Shown here one piece after another: positions 62,961 to 64,000 of a stretch of 64,000 nucleotides of DNA; within the stretch, counting starts at the first letter, position 1; each line of letters begins with the position of its first letter. A program made the translations under genes and the position numbers. This DNA comes from Pavona decussata (lineage: Eukaryota). The stretch lies in contig CDRNST010000288.1 of NCBI GenBank assembly GCA_977016875.1, forward strand, positions 1,240,001 through 1,304,000, given 5' to 3'. Below the pieces are notes generated by a model, which had not been told where the DNA came from, made no database searches, and saw only the letters and a list, made by a program, of their open reading frames with translations.

Positions 62961-63349
62961 TCCGAAGGTCTCGTGGAAGGCCGAATAACAATAACAAGTT
63001 AGACAGTGACTTGTTTTCACTATTACCCACTTTGGAGAGAGAGTTGATCACGATTCAGTTTGTTAACGCTGGATGTCCAGCGTTTTGTCCCAGATCCATG
63101 ACACCTGCTTCGAAAGTTCCGAAGTGGCCAGTTTGGAAAATGTTGATTTCGCGAAAGCTCGCGCTTAGCATGCCCGGAAAGGAGTTATTTCCCTCTTCCT
63201 CGTGCCCAGCTTCTAGCGGTTGAGAGTACTGGGTTCGGTTTTAGTTTCGTTTTAGTTTGGTTTTAGTTTGGTTTTAGTTCACCCTTCACCCATAAACAAT
63301 CTCGCCCCCAGGACTGTGTGCGCATGCCTCGTCGTGCATTCTTCCCCTT

Positions 63350-63960
63350 CAAGGGGCAGTATGCCAAACTTGCCCATTTCTCCAAGAAGGTCAAACGAAC
63401 TACATTTTTTTCAACACTAACGAATCACGCAAAATTACTGACTACATATCTTGCAACTCCAAAAACCTAATCTATTTAATCCAGTGTAAGAAATGCCACT
63501 CCCAGTACATTGGGGAGACAAAGCGCAAACTTAATGAACGTTTCGGGGAGCATCGCAGATCTATCCTGAATCACCATCAACTACTCAACCCTACTCCTGT
63601 CTCGCTACATTTCAACCAACCTGGCCACTCAATCAACGACGTCCAACTAATCCCCCTTGAACTTATACACAGCAAACGTGACTCCGTTAGAAAAGCTCGT
63701 GAAGCTCATTTAATCAACAAAGCTAAAACATTGCACCCTCTTGGTATAAATAGACGTGACGAAACACGCCAATGACATGTCTCACACTTGTAACTTAGTC
63801 CTAAACAACCAATCATTGTCATGCATTTTATATTTTAAATCTTCTTTGTAACGATCCTTTTATGTTTCTCACTTTTCTTTTTCGTTCAGCCCCCGAGGAA
63901 GGTTTGTATTGCAAACCGAAATATCGGGCAAAATTTTGTTTTTTTAAAAAACAAATATAT
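63350..63960 (+). mobile_element. 5'-truncated Penelope-like retroelement (GIY-YIG endonuclease C-terminus plus 3' repeat region)
   Basis: Open frame 63362-63775, not in the ORF track because it has no start codon: CQTCPF...SCNSKNLIYLIQCKKCHSQYIGETKRKLNERFGEHRR...VSLHFNQPGH...RKAREAHLI..KTLHPLGIN. Confidence 0.9.
63889..63929 (+). ncRNA. Minimal type I hammerhead ribozyme motif (U4C core variant)
   Basis: GCCC-CCGAGGA-A-GGTTTG-TATTG-CAAACC-GAAA-TA-TC-GGGC: stem I GCCC/GGGC, stem II GGTTTG/CAAACC, palindromic ATAT at stem III, AUC cleavage triplet; located just 3' of the Penelope ORF. Confidence 0.75.
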
Positions 63961-64000
63961 TTCAGTTATTCTAGCTTTTGTTGTTTGTTCTATCAAGCTC

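Larger units (their letters stand above)
54154..63322. repeat. Segmental duplication unit carrying FEM-1-like copy 3
   Basis: Collinear with 33177-41000 apart from unit-specific TE insertions. Confidence 0.85.

Overview
Eukaryotic, AT-rich, repeat-dense genomic DNA. The repeat and gene families look anthozoan, probably scleractinian coral (recognised by eye, no database search). Protein-coding content: (i) a single-coding-exon coiled-coil/disordered protein with clustered RRxS motifs (10927-11637 +); (ii) a head-to-head pair of two-exon secreted paralogs carrying the anthozoan 'VCFGAxxN...WGC...WxGxDL...NDxGxxC' domain (17262-14770 - and 22243-25151 +). The second is interrupted in its coding exon by a young 1.2-kb TIR transposon that could be spliced out in frame. 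(iii) a head-to-tail array of three intronless FEM-1-like ankyrin/TPR/VHL-box (Cul2 E3 receptor-type) genes on the minus strand (30690-32637, frameshifted; 38822-40765; 61071-62960). They sit in segmental duplication units of about 8-9 kb, with hypervariable ankyrin loops and a near-identical central block. The rest is a diverged ~3.2-kb non-coding tandem duplication (1-5.4 kb), many MITEs/non-autonomous DNA transposons (several with exact TSDs and empty sites visible in the paralogous unit), an unclassified TIR element with 6-bp TSD, direct-oriented 30-bp end repeats and a residual ORF (50717-52391), tRNA-derived SINE-like sequences, a CR1/L2 3' end, a Penelope-like GIY-YIG fragment with a minimal hammerhead ribozyme, and a 160-N gap. 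No rRNA, functional tRNA or CRISPR array is supported.
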